Assembly: GCF_003704095.1 (NCBI RefSeq)
Contig: NW_020844094.1
Location: forward strand, 1-63,635
Origin: Pocillopora damicornis
Lineage: Eukaryota
Length of the DNA stretch: 63,635 bases
Direction: 5' to 3'
The notes beneath the pieces are model-generated. The model saw only the letters and a program-made list of their open reading frames with translations. It was not told where the DNA came from and searched no databases. Of the stretch, positions 48,838-61,704 are shown piece after piece. The number at the start of each line of letters is the position of its first letter. Position 1 is the stretch's first letter. The position numbers were made by a program, and so were the translations under genes.

Positions 48838-50429
48838 GGGGGAGGGGTGCAACGGGTACGTACGCACACTCCCACGGGCTGCGAAAGTCTTTTTACTAGC
48901 TTCCGGCGATTAAAAGAAAGCAAGTTATTACAAAAAAGGTTAAATCAAGGTAACTGTAATACTTTCGTTCTGACTCGTTTATTTTGTAGTTTGAAATGGA
49001 ACCTAATTAAATGAACTTTTCCATTTTAATACGTACAAAATGCAGTCTCATACGACCCAATTTTTCAAAATTTTCCGGGGGAGGATGTTACTCGTCAATA
49101 AGTGCCTTTGGCCTTCAAACCCCCCTTCCCCCCCTCTAATGCGAAAAAACCTGTTTACGAGTCTGGGCAAGGATGGAAATCACGCAACGTAGAACTTGCA
49201 ACTCTGTACACTCATAATTCTGTTCTATCACTGAAAATCGACTACAATCAGAATAAATGTGATTGGTTGATACAAACTAGAACTTTGAATGTCATTGGCT
49301 TATTGAACTGTACGATAACAACTTGGTAAGTAAATTAGTGAAAACCAATCACAATCGATGAAATTGTAATTTTTATGATTAAGAAATTTATAAAATATAA
49401 GTCATCGTTATGTTAAGAGCGCCCAAACTTTACTTTGATCTTCCCCTTACCAGTAATGATGACCTCTGATTCTCGAGATGTCANNNNNNNNNNNNNNNNN
49501 NNNNNNNNNNNNNNNNNNNNNNNNNNNNNNNNNNNNNNNNNNNNNNNNNNNNNNNNNNNNNNNNNNNNNNNNNNNNNNNNNNNTTTTTTCCCAGAGCGTT
49601 CTTTCCTTTGATGTGTTACTTTCTCAATGCTTTATTTTTGACTTAAGTTCTGATAATTACTAAGCAATGTTATTATTAATGAATATTGTTTTGATCAATT
49701 AAGATCCTCCATCCTGCTGATTTTCCATTTCTTAAAGCAAATCGATGGCGCCAACTCTTCATTATAGTCCAATTTTGAAGTTTTCAAGTGATGGCATTAA
49801 TTTCATACTATAGGGATTCAAATGAAATATGCTTTACAGGTAAATTTCCATTTGAAAGACGCAAATGGAAAGACATATGTTGCCGTTTACATCGTCCTTA
49901 ATGAGAATCACCTTGACCATTATCATTGGTAAATTTTCTTCAAAATTAAATCATTACAATAGGTGCATAATGACCTTTTTTCATCTAATAGCCAAAACAC
50001 AAACATAACCTTAAAATTATATGTTATTATTTTTTTCCTCTATCGATACCCAGGAGGTACGTTTATTATACAGCCAGCAGCGGCCGTAGGCAATGTGAAG
50101 CGAATCCTGTGTTCTGATGGGCTTGGGTTATTTTGCGACAAACACTGTTCGATCTCTTTCCCGGCTCTTGAAGTAAACGAGTCGTTCTTGATTTTTGTCG
50201 TATCGAAACATTGTTTGGCTGTATTAAAAATCCTTTATTGACCAAGCTTGTTCGGCAAGATGGCTGAATATTCGCCTCGTTCTTTTTTGCGTTTTTGTTG
50301 ACCTCAAAATCGTCTCAATCTGTAAAAACGTAAAAAATTAACTCGGCCATTATCTCGACCTCACACTTAGTCACTAACACATATACATTGTAACCAAAAT
50401 GGTTCGTAGAGTGAAGAAATTATATGAGC

Positions 50430-51344
50430 CTATAATGAACAAAACCATTTCCTTAATATGTCGTTCACAGCTTCTCTTACTTCTCCAATCTTCCAGCAGT
50501 AAAGAATGGGATTTAATGTTGAATTTAGGTAAACTAAAATGAACGTGATTTGAGCGGCGAGAAAGACTGATGTTTTAACATTGTCTGGATCATAAATGAT
50601 ATCTGTAATTTGAAATGGCAGATAGCAAGCTATTAATGCCAACTGCAGCCACAATGCACTCGAGACAGCCTTTTTATATCGGGCAATATCAAGTGTACTC
50701 GTCTGATTTGTCTGTACATGTAGTCGAGTTTGGTGTTGGCGGAGCCTCCAGAAAATCATTGAGTAGGAAAAAGTTGAGGTCGTTAAACTCAGTGATATAC
50801 CAATGTAGCCATACCATGTTGTGATTAGGGCATTCCATCGTGAGATCATTGCAGCCACTGTAGATACTATCCAGATAAGAGCCAGAGTCACGGAAATTCG
50901 CCTACACGTTACAACTTGTCTGTATCGCAACCCAAGCATTAGGGCGAGAAGCCTTTCCACGCTAATCACTGTCAGCGTCAACAAAGAAACGGAACCCAAT
51001 AAGTAACTAGCCATAAAAGTCAGAATACTGAATAATCGGCAAAAAGTCCAGTTTCTGACCACAATTGAGATCCAAAAAGCAACAGAGAGTGGCTGGGAGA
51101 TAAGACCAACGGACAGATCAGTTGTAGCCAGACAACGGAGCAAGAGTTTGGATGGCGGATGAAGGGAAGACTCGTGATGTAGAGCAACAAGAATCAGCGT
51201 GTTCCCAAGAATGGCTGTAATGGCAAGGAAAATGTTCACAACCGATAGAAAAGTTAGATGCCAACGTAAATCCCCTGTTAAATCTTCTGTGCACGAATCT
51301 GTCAATTTTCGCTCTGTGAACTCAGTATAGTTTTCGGTTGACAT
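50430..51344 (-). CDS. Intronless class A GPCR; complete (~304 aa)
   Basis: MSTENYTEF...LGNTLILVAL...CLATTDLSVG...ISVERLLAL...ACYLPFQ...STLNPILYCWKIGEVR...WFCSL*. Confidence 0.92.
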   Translation of the reverse strand: MSTENYTEFTERKLTDSCTEDLTGDLRWHLTFLSVVNIFLAITAILGNTLILVALHHESSLHPPSKLLLRCLATTDLSVGLISQPLSVAFWISIVVRNWTFCRLFSILTFMASYLLGSVSLLTLTVISVERLLALMLGLRYRQVVTCRRISVTLALIWIVSTVAAMISRWNALITTWYGYIGISLSLTTSTFSYSMIFWRLRQHQTRLHVQTNQTSTLDIARYKKAVSSALWLQLALIACYLPFQITDIIYDPDNVKTSVFLAAQITFILVYLNSTLNPILYCWKIGEVREAVNDILRKWFCSL

Positions 51345-51515
51345 TATTGTGGTTTTCTTTCCCGGGAAATGATGGCGCAAGTCTTGTGTAGCTTGATTGG
51401 AGCAGCTCACCCAACNNNNNNNNNNNNNNNNNNNNNNNNNNNNNNNNNNNNNNNNNNNNNNNNNNNNNNNNNNNNNNNNNNNNNNNNNNNNNNNNNNNNN
51501 NNNNNNNNNNNNNNN

Positions 51516-51867
51516 CACAAGTTCAAGACCTTATTAACCAACACGCGAACCCAACAAGTCCAATGAACACAGCTCCATACAGAAGAGCAGTGTTCAGTGC
51601 ACTTTGGCTACAGATAACCTTAGTGTGTTGTNNNNNNNNNNACGGAATCATGTCGGCTTTGCTGCGTCACAGTGAAGAATCTGCTGCTGCCTCTTTTAAA
51701 AGACATTATACAATAACTCTTGTTTTCACAAATTCGACTCTCACACCCGTTTATCTATTTCTTGATGATCAGGGAAGTTCTAAAAGCTTTCAGAGAAACA
51801 ATCACAAATCTTCTGAATATTCAGTGAAAACTCAGAGATGCACAATCCATAAGCCAAAGGCCCGTAG
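51516..51867 (+). pseudogene. GPCR 3' fragment with frameshift (paralogue of 48490-48837)
   Basis: YRRAVFSALWLQITLVCC...TNSTL, then actctcacacccgttt versus actcttaacccgttt breaks NPFIY. Confidence 0.7.
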
Positions 51868-52072
51868 NNNNNNNNNNNNNNNNNNNNNNNNNNNNNNNNN
51901 NNNNNNNNNNNNNNNNNNNNNNNNNNNNNNNNNNNNNNNNNNNNNNNNNNNNNNNNNNNNNNNNNNNNNNNNNNNNNNNNNNNNNNNNNNNNNNNNNNNN
52001 NNNNNNNNNNNNNNNNNNNNNNNNNNACCTTTTTCATTTTAATTCGTACGGAATGCAGTCTCGTACGACACA

Positions 52073-52162
52073 ATTTTTAATTTTTTCACAGTCACAACTT
52101 GTCTGTATCTCAGCCCTAATGTCAAGGCGAGCAGCCTATCCACGCTTATTGCAGTCAGTGTT
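52073..52162 (-). pseudogene. GPCR fragment (TM3-ICL2), truncated
   Basis: TLTAISVDRLLALTLGLRYRQVVTVKK, then runs into repeat sequence shared with ~49020-49070. Confidence 0.65.
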
Positions 52163-53189
52163 NNNNNNNNNNNNNNNNNNNNNNNNNNNNNNNNNNNNNN
52201 NNNNNNNNNNNNNNNNNNNNNNNNNNNNNNNNNNNNNNNNNNNNNNNNNNNNNNNNNNNNNNNNNNNNNNNNNNNNNNNNNNNNNNNNNNNNNNNNNNNN
52301 NNNNNNNNNNNNNNNNNNNNNNNNNNNNNNNNNNNNNNNNNNNNNNNNNNNNNNNNNNNNNNNNNNNNNNNNNNNNNNNNNNNNNNNNNNNNNNNNNNNN
52401 NNNNNNNNNNNNNNNNNNNNNNNNNNNNNNNNNNNNNNNNNNNNNNNNNNNNNNNNNNNNNNNNNNNNNNNNNNNNNNNNNNNNNNNNNNNNNNNNNNNN
52501 NNNNNNNNNNNNNNNNNNNNNNNNNNNNNNNNNNNNNNNNNNNNNNNNNNNNNNNNNNNNNNNNNNNNNNNNNNNNNNNNNNNNNNNNNNNNNNNNNNNN
52601 NNNNNNNNNNNNNNNNNNNNNGACTTAATGAGTTTTTGTATACTCAGTTTGGAGTTATATATCACTGCGAGCTACTTGCTCATTGGTCTTCGTGCAATTT
52701 AAATGCAACTGATATAGTTATTTATGGAATATTTAATTGTGACGTCTATCTTGAGGAAGGAGCGAACCATCNNNNNNNNNNNNNNNNNNNNNNNNNNNNN
52801 NNNNNNNNNNNNNNNNNNNNNNNNNNNNNNNNNNNNNNNNNNNNNNNNNNNNNNNNNNNNNNNNNNNNNNNNNNNNNNNNNNNNNNNNNNNNNNNNNNNN
52901 NNNNNNNNNNNNNNNNNNNNNNNNNNNNNNNNNNNNNNNNNNNNNNNNNNNNNNNNNNNNNNNNNNNNNNNNNNNNNNNNNNNNNNNNNNNNNNNNNNNN
53001 NNNNNNNNNNNNNNNNNNNNNNNNNNNNNNNNNNNNNNNNNNNNAGAATCACGGGTCTTTCAGGACTATAATTTTCTCGCCTATTTATTAGTAGATACAA
53101 GACCATGTCTCAAGACAAAACTTCGCCGTTTTCCTTTTATTTATTTTTTGCACCAGTTATTTTAGTTTCAAGCCTACACTTCTTTTCAA

Positions 53190-53221
<32 letters not shown>

Positions 53222-53811
53222 TTTCATCTTGTTTTCAGTCCTGAGCAGCTGTTATAAACTCAGTTCGAGCATGGAATGCTGAAAGTGATGGAAGGTGACG
53301 CTCGTCAACTGAGGCATGTGTTGAGGCCGAGAATTAAAATTCCTCCCAGTTTGCCAAGTCTGTGGCGGTCCTGCCTTTCAAAATTGCAATTAGTTTACAT
53401 AGTATCTACATTAATGTTGTAATTTCAACGAATAAGAAAACATTCTCCGTGCATGACACTTGAAAGACAAAAAATGAGGAAAGAGAAAAATGATTTAAAG
53501 ATTATTGATTAGCAAGAAAGTTTACTTAATAATATCTTGAAGAAACATCTGNNNNNNNNNNATCTATGGTATCTACTTTAATACCATACGTTTGTAACAT
53601 CTTTGAAATTCTACGAGCCTTATGACAAGCCTGTTAACTTCTATTAAATTTACAAACAGACGGTAGATCAAGGAGTAGTTGCTGTGATTGGTCGACGAAA
53701 TCTCTTTTGAACAGTGGGCGAANNNNNNNNNNNNNNAGACAGAGACTGTTCTGACTTTTCTTGTTCTTTCACATTGGAAACAAAGAAACAGCAGCCACAT
53801 TACTGATATCG

Positions 53812-55085
53812 TCATCTGTAACACTTAAGAACGCTATCAAACGTGGTGAAGTAGCCTCTATCAGGTCCACTGAGAGTTAATACAATAAACAAAAATATAC
53901 TTTGTCATTTTTAATGACACCNNNNNNNNNNNNNNNNNNNNNNNNNNNNNNNNNNNNNNNNNNNNNNNNNNNNNNNNNNNNNNNNNNNNNNNNNNNNNNN
54001 NNNNNNNNNNNNNNNNNNNNNNNNNNNNNNNNNNNNNNNNNNNNNNNNNNNNNNNNNNNNNNNNNNNNNNNNNNNNNNNNNNNNNNNNNNNNNNNNNNNN
54101 NNNNNNNNNNNNNNNNNNNNNNNNNNNNNNNNNNNNNNNNNNNNNNNNNNNNNNNNNNNNNNNNNNNNNNNNNNNNNNNNNNNNNNNNNNNNNNNNNNNN
54201 NNNNNNNNNNNNNNNNNNNNNNNNNNNNNNNNNNNNNNNNNNNNNNNNNNNNNNNNNNNNNNNNNNNNNNNNNNNNNNNNNNNNNNNNNNNNNNNNNNNN
54301 NNNNGACATAACATTACCCACCAGCTAAAGTATCTTTTTCCCTCATACGTTCCGTCGCGCCTACGGTAACCTAACCCAACCGGTTCTTCTGAATAAAGAA
54401 AAAATTTTCAGTTATCTAAAGCAAGAGAAAATCAATATAANNNNNNNNNNNNNNNNNNNNNNNNNNNNNNNNNNNNNNNNNNNNNNNNNNNNNNNNNNNN
54501 NNNNNNNNNNNNNNNNNNNNNNNNNNNNNNNNNNNNNNNNNNNNNNNNNNNNNNNNNNNNNNNNNNNNNNNNNNNNNNNNNNNNNNNNNNNNNNNNNNNN
54601 NNNNNNNNNNNNNNNNNNNNNNNNNNNNNNNNNNNNNNNNNNNNNNNNNNNNNNNNNNNNNNNNNNNNNNNNNNNNNNNNNNNNNNNNNNNNNNNNNNNN
54701 NNNNNNNNNNNNNNNNNNNNNNNNNNNNNNNNNNNNNNNNNNNNNNNNNNNNNNNNNNNNNNNNNNNNNNNNNNNNNNNNNNNNNNNNNNNNNNNNNNNN
54801 NNNNNNNNNNNNNNNNNNNNNNNNNNNNNNNNNNNNNNNNNNNNNNNNNNNNNNNNNNNNNNNNNNNNNNNNNNNNNNNNNNNNNNNNNNNNNNNNNNNN
54901 NNNNNNNNNNNNNNNNNNNNNNNNNNNNNNNNNNNNNNNNNNNNNNNNNTCTAACTCTACGCCGAGCTGATTTCCAAGTCCATAGACAGGTCCGACGTAC
55001 CTGGCTGTTCCTCGAACTTTCCATGACCAACCTGCAAACAATACCTTCATACCTACTTTAATATCATTAATTGATTTAGGCTTGA
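53812..55085 (-). CDS. Duplicated CAP-Gly terminal exon cassette (copy 2)
   Basis: ~54950-55085 KPKSINDIKVGMKVLFAGWSWKVRGTARYVGPVYGLGNQLGVEL; ~54322-54388 EPVGLGYRRRDGTYEGKRYFS; 53812-53869 CGPDRGYFTTFDSVLKCYR*. Together these match the CAP-Gly pattern G.V.YVG...GVEL...DG...G.RYF.C.P..G.F. Confidence 0.7.
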
Positions 55086-55319
55086 ANNNNNNNNNNNNNN
55101 NNNNNNNNNNNNNNNNNNNNNNNNNNNNNNNNNNNNNNNNNNNNNNNNNNNNNNNNNNNNNNNNNNNNNNNNNNNNNNNNNNNNNNATTTATCGTAATTA
55201 GGCGTAATTTCAGCGTCCTAGGACATTTCACTAAATTCATAATATTATCAAACTGACAGAAGCACAAACACTATTAGCCCTCCCTAGTAGTGGAAACCAA
55301 AACAATATCTATGCCATTG

Positions 55320-55440
55320 ATTCAGTATCTTTCGATCCATCTTTTTGATATCTTTCAGTATCTTTCGATCAATCTTTTGATATCTTTCAGTATCTTTCGA
55401 TCCATCTTCGGATATCTCTCAGTATCTTTTGATCTATTTT
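55320..55440. repeat. ~33-bp tandem repeat, about 4 copies
   Basis: ttcagtatctttcgatccatctttttgatatct and variants. Confidence 0.8.
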
Positions 55441-56138
55441 ACAGAATCACGGGTCTTTCTATAATTTACTCACCTATTTATTACTAGATACTACAGCTTG
55501 TCTTAGGACAAAGCTTTGCCCTTTTCCTTTTATTTATTTTTGCACCAGTTCATTTAGTTTCAAGTCTGTATTTCTTTTCGATTTGTTTTGTTTTGTTTTT
55601 TTATTTCATCGTGTTTTCAGTCCTGAGCAGCTGTTATAAACTCAGTGACGCTCGCCAACTGAGGCATGTGTTGAGGCCGAGGATTAAAATTCCTCCCAGT
55701 TTGCCAAGTTTGTGGCGGTCCTGCCTTTCAAAATTGCAATTAGTTTGCATAGTATCTACCTTAACAAATCAGAAAACATTTTCCGTGCATGACACTGGAA
55801 AGACAAAAAAATGAGGAAAGAGAAAAATGATTTAATTAGCAAGAAAGTTTATTTAATAATATCTTGAAGAAACATCTGGAAATTAAGAATCTATGGTATC
55901 TAATTTAATACCATACGTTTGTAAAATATTTGAAATTCTACGAGCCTTATGACAAGCCTGTTAACTTCTATTGAATTTGCAAACAGACGGTAGACCAAGG
56001 AGTAGTTGCTGTGATTGGTCGACGAAATCTCTTTTGAACAGTGGGCGAACATCTCAAGGTGGTAGTCAGAGACTGTTCTGACTTTTCTTGTTCTTTGACA
56101 TTGGAAGCAAAGAAACAGCAGCCACATTACTGATATCG

Positions 56139-59100
56139 TCATCTGTAACACTTAAGAACGTTATCAAACGTGGTGAAGCAGCCTCTACCAGGTGCACTGA
56201 GGGTTAATACAACNNNNNNNNNNNNNNNNNNNNNNNNNNNNNNNNNNNNNNNNNNNNNNNNNNNNNNNNNNNNNNNNNNNNNNNNNNNNNNNNNNNNNNN
56301 NNNNNNNNNNNNNNNNNNNNNNNNNNNNNNNNNNNNNNNNNNNNNNNNNNNNNNNNNNNNNNNNNNNNNNNNNNNNNNNNNNNNNNNNNNNNNNNNNNNN
56401 NNNNNNNNNNNNNNNNNNNNNNNNNNNNNNNNNNNNNNNNNNNNNNNNNNNNNNNNNNNNNNNNNNNNNNNNNNNNNNNNNNNNNNNNNNNNNNNNNNNN
56501 NNNNNNNNNNNNNNNNNNNNNNNNNNNNNNNNNNNNNNNNNNNNNNNNNNNNNNNNNNNNNNNNNNNNNNNNNNNNNNNNNNNNNNNNNNNNNNNNNNNN
56601 NNNNNNNNNNNNNNNNNNNNNNNNNNNNNNNNNNNNNNNNNNNNNNNNNNNNNNNNNNNNNNNNNNNNNNNNNNNNNNNNNNNNNNNNNNNNNNNNNNNN
56701 NNNNNNNNNNNNNNNNNNNNNNNNNNNNNNNNNNNNNNNNNNNNNNNNNNNNNNNNNNNNNNNNNNNNNNNNNNNNNNNNNNNNNNNNNNNNNNNNNNNN
56801 NNNNNNNNNNNNNNNNNNNNNNNNNNNNNNNNNNNNNNNNNNNNNNNNNNNNNNNNNNNNNNNNNAGTTGATACTTACAGCAGTCGATGTACCGTCTTTT
56901 TAAAAGTTTCAAGTTCACGAACTTTTCCACTTTTATCATGAGCAATAACCCTCACGTATTTTCATTAGAACATTTTAATCATCATATTACCTTCACCTGG
57001 ATCTAACACTATGCCGACGACCAAACCTAGTCCACATACAGGTCCAACGTACTTGACTGTTCCTCGAAGTTTCCCAAACCAACTAAACAATACCTTCATA
57101 CCAACTTCAATATCGCTGATTGATTTGGGCTTGAAGCCTGTTTCATAGTATTACATGCAACAAATAACAAAAACAACATATAAGTAAAACGACCATCATA
57201 CAATTTACATCACAATCATCAATTAGACTTCATTGATGTTTTTGGTCATCAAAGGCCCACCTAACCCAGTAGTTTTACTTGGACCGGAGTTCAAATGACT
57301 TAGCTCTGCGTAACATTATCTACAAACCAGTGCACCCCTCCCCCACCNNNNNNNNNNNNNNNNNNNNNNNNNNNNNNNNNNNNNNNNNNNNNNNNNNNNN
57401 NNNNNNNNNNNNNNNNNNNNNNNNNNNNNNNNNNNNNNNNNNNNNNNNNNNNNNNNNNNNNNNNNNNNNNNNNNNNNNNNNNNNNNNNNNNNNNNNNNNN
57501 NNNNNNNNNNNNNNNNNNNNNNNNNNNCGCCACAGTTTCTATAGAAACCTACCCTCTTTAACCTTGTCATTAGTTGCCCCTATCTTGTTTGTCTCGTCAA
57601 TGGTTTGGTTGGTCCTTTTGTCCATCAGCACAGCTTGGCCTGTCAGGCTTTCTACCTGCTGCACCAGACCCTGCACAGTGGACGTTAAACTGTCTATCTG
57701 CTGTGACTGATCATTCAACTGCTGTGACTGATCACTGAATATAGATGTCAATCGCTCAATCTGCTTTGACTGATCTTTAACCTGATTCTGAGTGGTCTCA
57801 AGGCTGCATACAGCTAAGTTCAAGTGGCTTTCCATGTGTGATTCTAAGAGAGATTTGGTCCTTGTTCTTTGAAACTAAAAAAAGACGATGAGGTTATTGA
57901 ACTCTTTTATTCAACTGCCACACTGGTCGGTAGGAATTTTTTAAACCCTACAGAATGAGAAAATGTATATTCATTTGACAATTCGCTGTAATTCGTTTTA
58001 TGATATGGTTATACAATACAAACGCACGACCTCTCCGCCAAACCTGCAATTGGATATCAACTGAAAGCTGTTTCATACCGCAATTTGGCATCCTAAGTTC
58101 TAAACAAAAAGATGAAAAAGACTTAGTCTTGAATGAGCAGCCAGAGAAATCCTCCCTCGTGCGTAGCGAAAAAAAATCATTCGGGGTCTCAAAATTACTC
58201 CTAAGATTTCGTAATTTATGAATCAGTAAATTGAAATTTAAAAATATTCCTTATAAGTCTTTCGCATTTTCCCTGTGAAGTTTAACGGAGAAAACCTCCT
58301 AGAAGGGATCGTAACGGTGTTATGGATTGTTTCCCTATCGTGGAGCTACCTAGATTAAATTCTGGCAGGCTCACTCATAGCAGAAAATAACGACCTTTAT
58401 ATCCTCTGAATGAAGCCAGAAAAACATTCACAACAGTATTACACATTCTCTAAACACTAGAGCACGGAACTCCTCCAATTGCTAACATAAAACAGGACTA
58501 AGCATGCGTTCTTTCATATAAAGTAGCACTATGTCCCATGCGGGCTGTGTGCATGAACTTTCAATTAAACTCTCGTTAAAATTACTGAGAATCAGTGAGA
58601 ATATTACATCTTACCTTTTCTCGTGAAAAAAATACTTATCAGACCACAATTGTTGGGACATTGAACCGGAAACTTTTGACAGACGTTATGATGTTGTTGA
58701 AGAAAATCGAAAAGAAGTTTTTTAAAATTTCAAAATTCTCTCCGTCTTATGAAAACTATGACCAATAAAGACAGGCTGTTGTACTAACGAAATTTATAGA
58801 GTAAAATACCCACTTTCTTATCAGTAAAGGACCAAAGTTCTCGAACCCAACATTAAAGCCCAACTTTACTAAGATATTTCTGTGTAATAATTTTATATCG
58901 AATAAGAGAAGATACCGAGAGCTCAACAAAATCTTGACTTAATAAAGATTGATAGTCGTCACCACTTTTCCACTTTGGATAAAAAGCAAAAGTTTGAGAT
59001 ACTGCCTTTGTAGAAGCTATATAAAGAATATGTTTTTGTTAACAAACCTGCTTGTTTTTCACGATAAATGATCCTCGACAATATTCACAACTAACTTCCC

Positions 59101-59880
59101 TCCGGACACATTCCGTTATCATGTGATTGTTCATATCTGACCTGGTGAGCTTCTTTTTACATCCTTCATTTGGACACCCCACCACTTTGAACAGGCATTC
59201 TGACTGATGTTTCTTAAGTCATAATTTATCGATAATAAACTGCACTGTAATCATGATCCAATCTGCTAAGACATACAACAGGCTAAAGAAAAGAGAGACT
59301 TGATTGACAGCGAAACAATCGGTTAACTGACGGTTTAGGATCTTAGAAAAGAAATGTGAAATTTACGTGTGACTTGTTGATAAAAATGATATCCCTAAGA
59401 CTAGTGATAAATATTAAATAAACGTTTAGTATAATAGGCACCTATCAAAGATTACCAGACAGGAAGAAAATCTGTCATGTTGTACGCAAACTGCCGACCA
59501 TGACGCCTCAGATTGCAAATACCAGAACAACACCGCTGTTCAGTCCAGATAGTTACTACTGTGCAAGAAACTGTTGAGTTGAGCTCCACAAGTTACCCTT
59601 ATCTGCTTCGTATAACATCATGTCTTGCTGCCTCGATGGTTAAGAGTAGCAGGAATAAGTGCAATGCTTGCTTATTATGAAGGAGACAAATTAAAATGTT
59701 TTAGATTTTTAATTTTTGGGATCAACTGCGAATGAAGTGATAGAGAACGCCCTTACGGTGAATATGACGTAGATACATTACCTGCACAGCTCGGAGTTCT
59801 CCAGTCCAAGGACACCCAACATAAGAACATTTCACCTCGAGATCCAGAATTTTGCGATGACAAGCGACATCTGGAAATAT
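56139..59880 (-). CDS. TRAF-type zinc finger / coiled-coil protein ending in CAP-Gly; 5' RING exons not seen; possibly degenerating
   Basis: 59782-59880 IFPDVACHRKILDLEVKCSYVGCPWTGELRAVQ; 59048-59212 KHQSECLFKVVGCPNEGC...HMITECVRREVSCEYC; ~58615-58696 HHNVCQKFPVQCPNNCG (AA instead of AG acceptor; 82 nt); 57553-57874 coiled coil; 56991-57137 IEVGMKVLF...RGTVKYVGPV...GIVLDPGE; 56139-56196 APGRGCFTTFDNVLKCYR*. Confidence 0.72.
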
Positions 59881-60263
59881 CTGATAACCCAGACACAAGG
59901 ATATGTTTTGTACTCTACTTGTAATAATTAAAGACAATTCTCCTTTTCCAGCATATCTCTCAGTGAACCGTTATCAATCACAGGCATTGGTGAGTAGAAG
60001 ATAATTAAGCGATGGAACGCACTTTCTATCGACTTACCGTCTCAATAACCCACCCATGATGTTGAGAGAACCCGAGAAACGTTTGTCAATCACTTGCCTC
60101 CGCCAGCTCGCGATTTACAAACTTTCCTCGTGTTCTTTCAACATCCCAAGTTGTTAAGCTGGTNNNNNNNNNNNNNNNNNNNNNNNNNNNNNNNNNNNNN
60201 NNNNNNNNNNNNNNNNNNNNNNNNNNNNNNNNNNNNNNNNNNNNNNNNNNNNNNNNNNNNNNN

Positions 60264-60481
60264 GGCTGCAGTTGGCATTAATAGCTTGCTATCTGCCATT
60301 TCAAATTACAGATATTAATTATGATTCGAACAATGTTACACCATCAGTCTTTCTCGCTGCTCAGCACACGTTTNNNNNNNNNNACCTAAATTCAACATTA
60401 AATCCCATTCTTTACTGCTGGAAGATTGGATAAGTAAGACAAGCTGTGAACGACATATTAAGGAAATGGTTTTGTTCATAA
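60264..60481 (+). pseudogene. GPCR 3' fragment, inverted copy of the 50430-51344 gene, with a premature stop
   Basis: LQLALIACYLPFQITDI...LNSTLNPILYCWKIG*VRQAVNDILRKWFCS (GAA to TAA). Confidence 0.75.
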
Positions 60482-61704
60482 TAGGCTTATATAATTTCTT
60501 CACTCNNNNNNNNNNTTTGGTTACAATTCGAGATAGGTGCTTCTTTGATATTATGGCATCGGGGGCTCGGTGCTTACTCGGGGAAGGGCGCTTATTAGAG
60601 CATGAGCGCTCATCGACATTTTNNNNNNNNNNCTTCATCGAAGGAGATGCAAGCGGTTACTGGCACAGACAACTCATTCACGACATTTCACAGCAATTGC
60701 CAAACAACAAAANNNNNNNNNNCAGCTAACCAATCAGTTTCCACTAGCCAGAAATATATTATTAAGGCCAACACCTCTTCCCTGGACTTAGTTGATGACT
60801 TCCACTATAAGTGGAGTGGTCAGTTTATTGCATGCTAGAAAATCAGTAACTGCGCAGGTCCATGAAAAAAAAACAACAACAACAACAAAATCGAAAAAGA
60901 AATGTGGACTTGAAACTAGAAGAACTGGTTCAAAAAAAGAAAAAAGAGGAAAACGGTGCGGCTTAATTTGTCATAGGACANNNNNNNNNNNNNNNNNNNN
61001 NNNNNNNNNNNNNNNNNNNNNNNNNNNNNNNNNNNNNNNNNNNNNNNNNNNNNNNNNNNNNNNNNNNNNNNNNNNNNNNNNNNNNNNNNNNNNNNNNNNN
61101 NNNNNNNNNNNNNNNNNNNNNNNNNNNNNNNNNNNNNNNNNNNNNNNNNNNNNNNNNNNNNNNNNNNNNNNNNNNNNNNNNNNNNNNNNNNNNNNNNNNN
61201 NNNNNNNNNNNNNNNNNNNNNNNNNNNNNNNNNNNNNNNNNNNNNNNNNNNNNNNNNNNNNNNNNNNNNNNNNNNNNNNNNNNNNNNNNNNNNNNNNNNN
61301 NNNNNNNNNNNNNNNNNNNNNNNNNNNNNNNNNNNNNNNNNNNNNNNNNNNNNNNNNNNNNNNNNNNNNNNNNNNNNNGCATAGGATGTTTGTTTTGGTT
61401 TCCACTACCAGGAAGGCTAATAGTGTCTGTATTTGTGTTAATTTGATAATATTATGAGTTCAATAAAATTTCTTAGGATGCTGAAATTTCGCCTAATTAC
61501 GAAAAATAAGCTGGTGTTTTATCAATACAAAAAAAACTTCCGATATGTTTACAGTTTCCTCAACAAAGACGTCATAATTAAATATTTCATGAATAATTAA
61601 ATTGCATTTTCATTACACGAAGACCAATCAGCAGGTAGCTCGTAGTGATATATAACTCCAAATTGAGTATAAAAACTCATTAAGTCATTTCTGTCGCTTA
61701 AAAC

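Noticed and set aside
53573-56151. Duplicated 83-aa ORFs (MLQMTISVMWLL...)
   Set aside because: They overlap the stop codon and 3' region of the CAP-Gly terminal exons in another frame and start at a non-ATG codon; their similarity reflects the cassette duplication.
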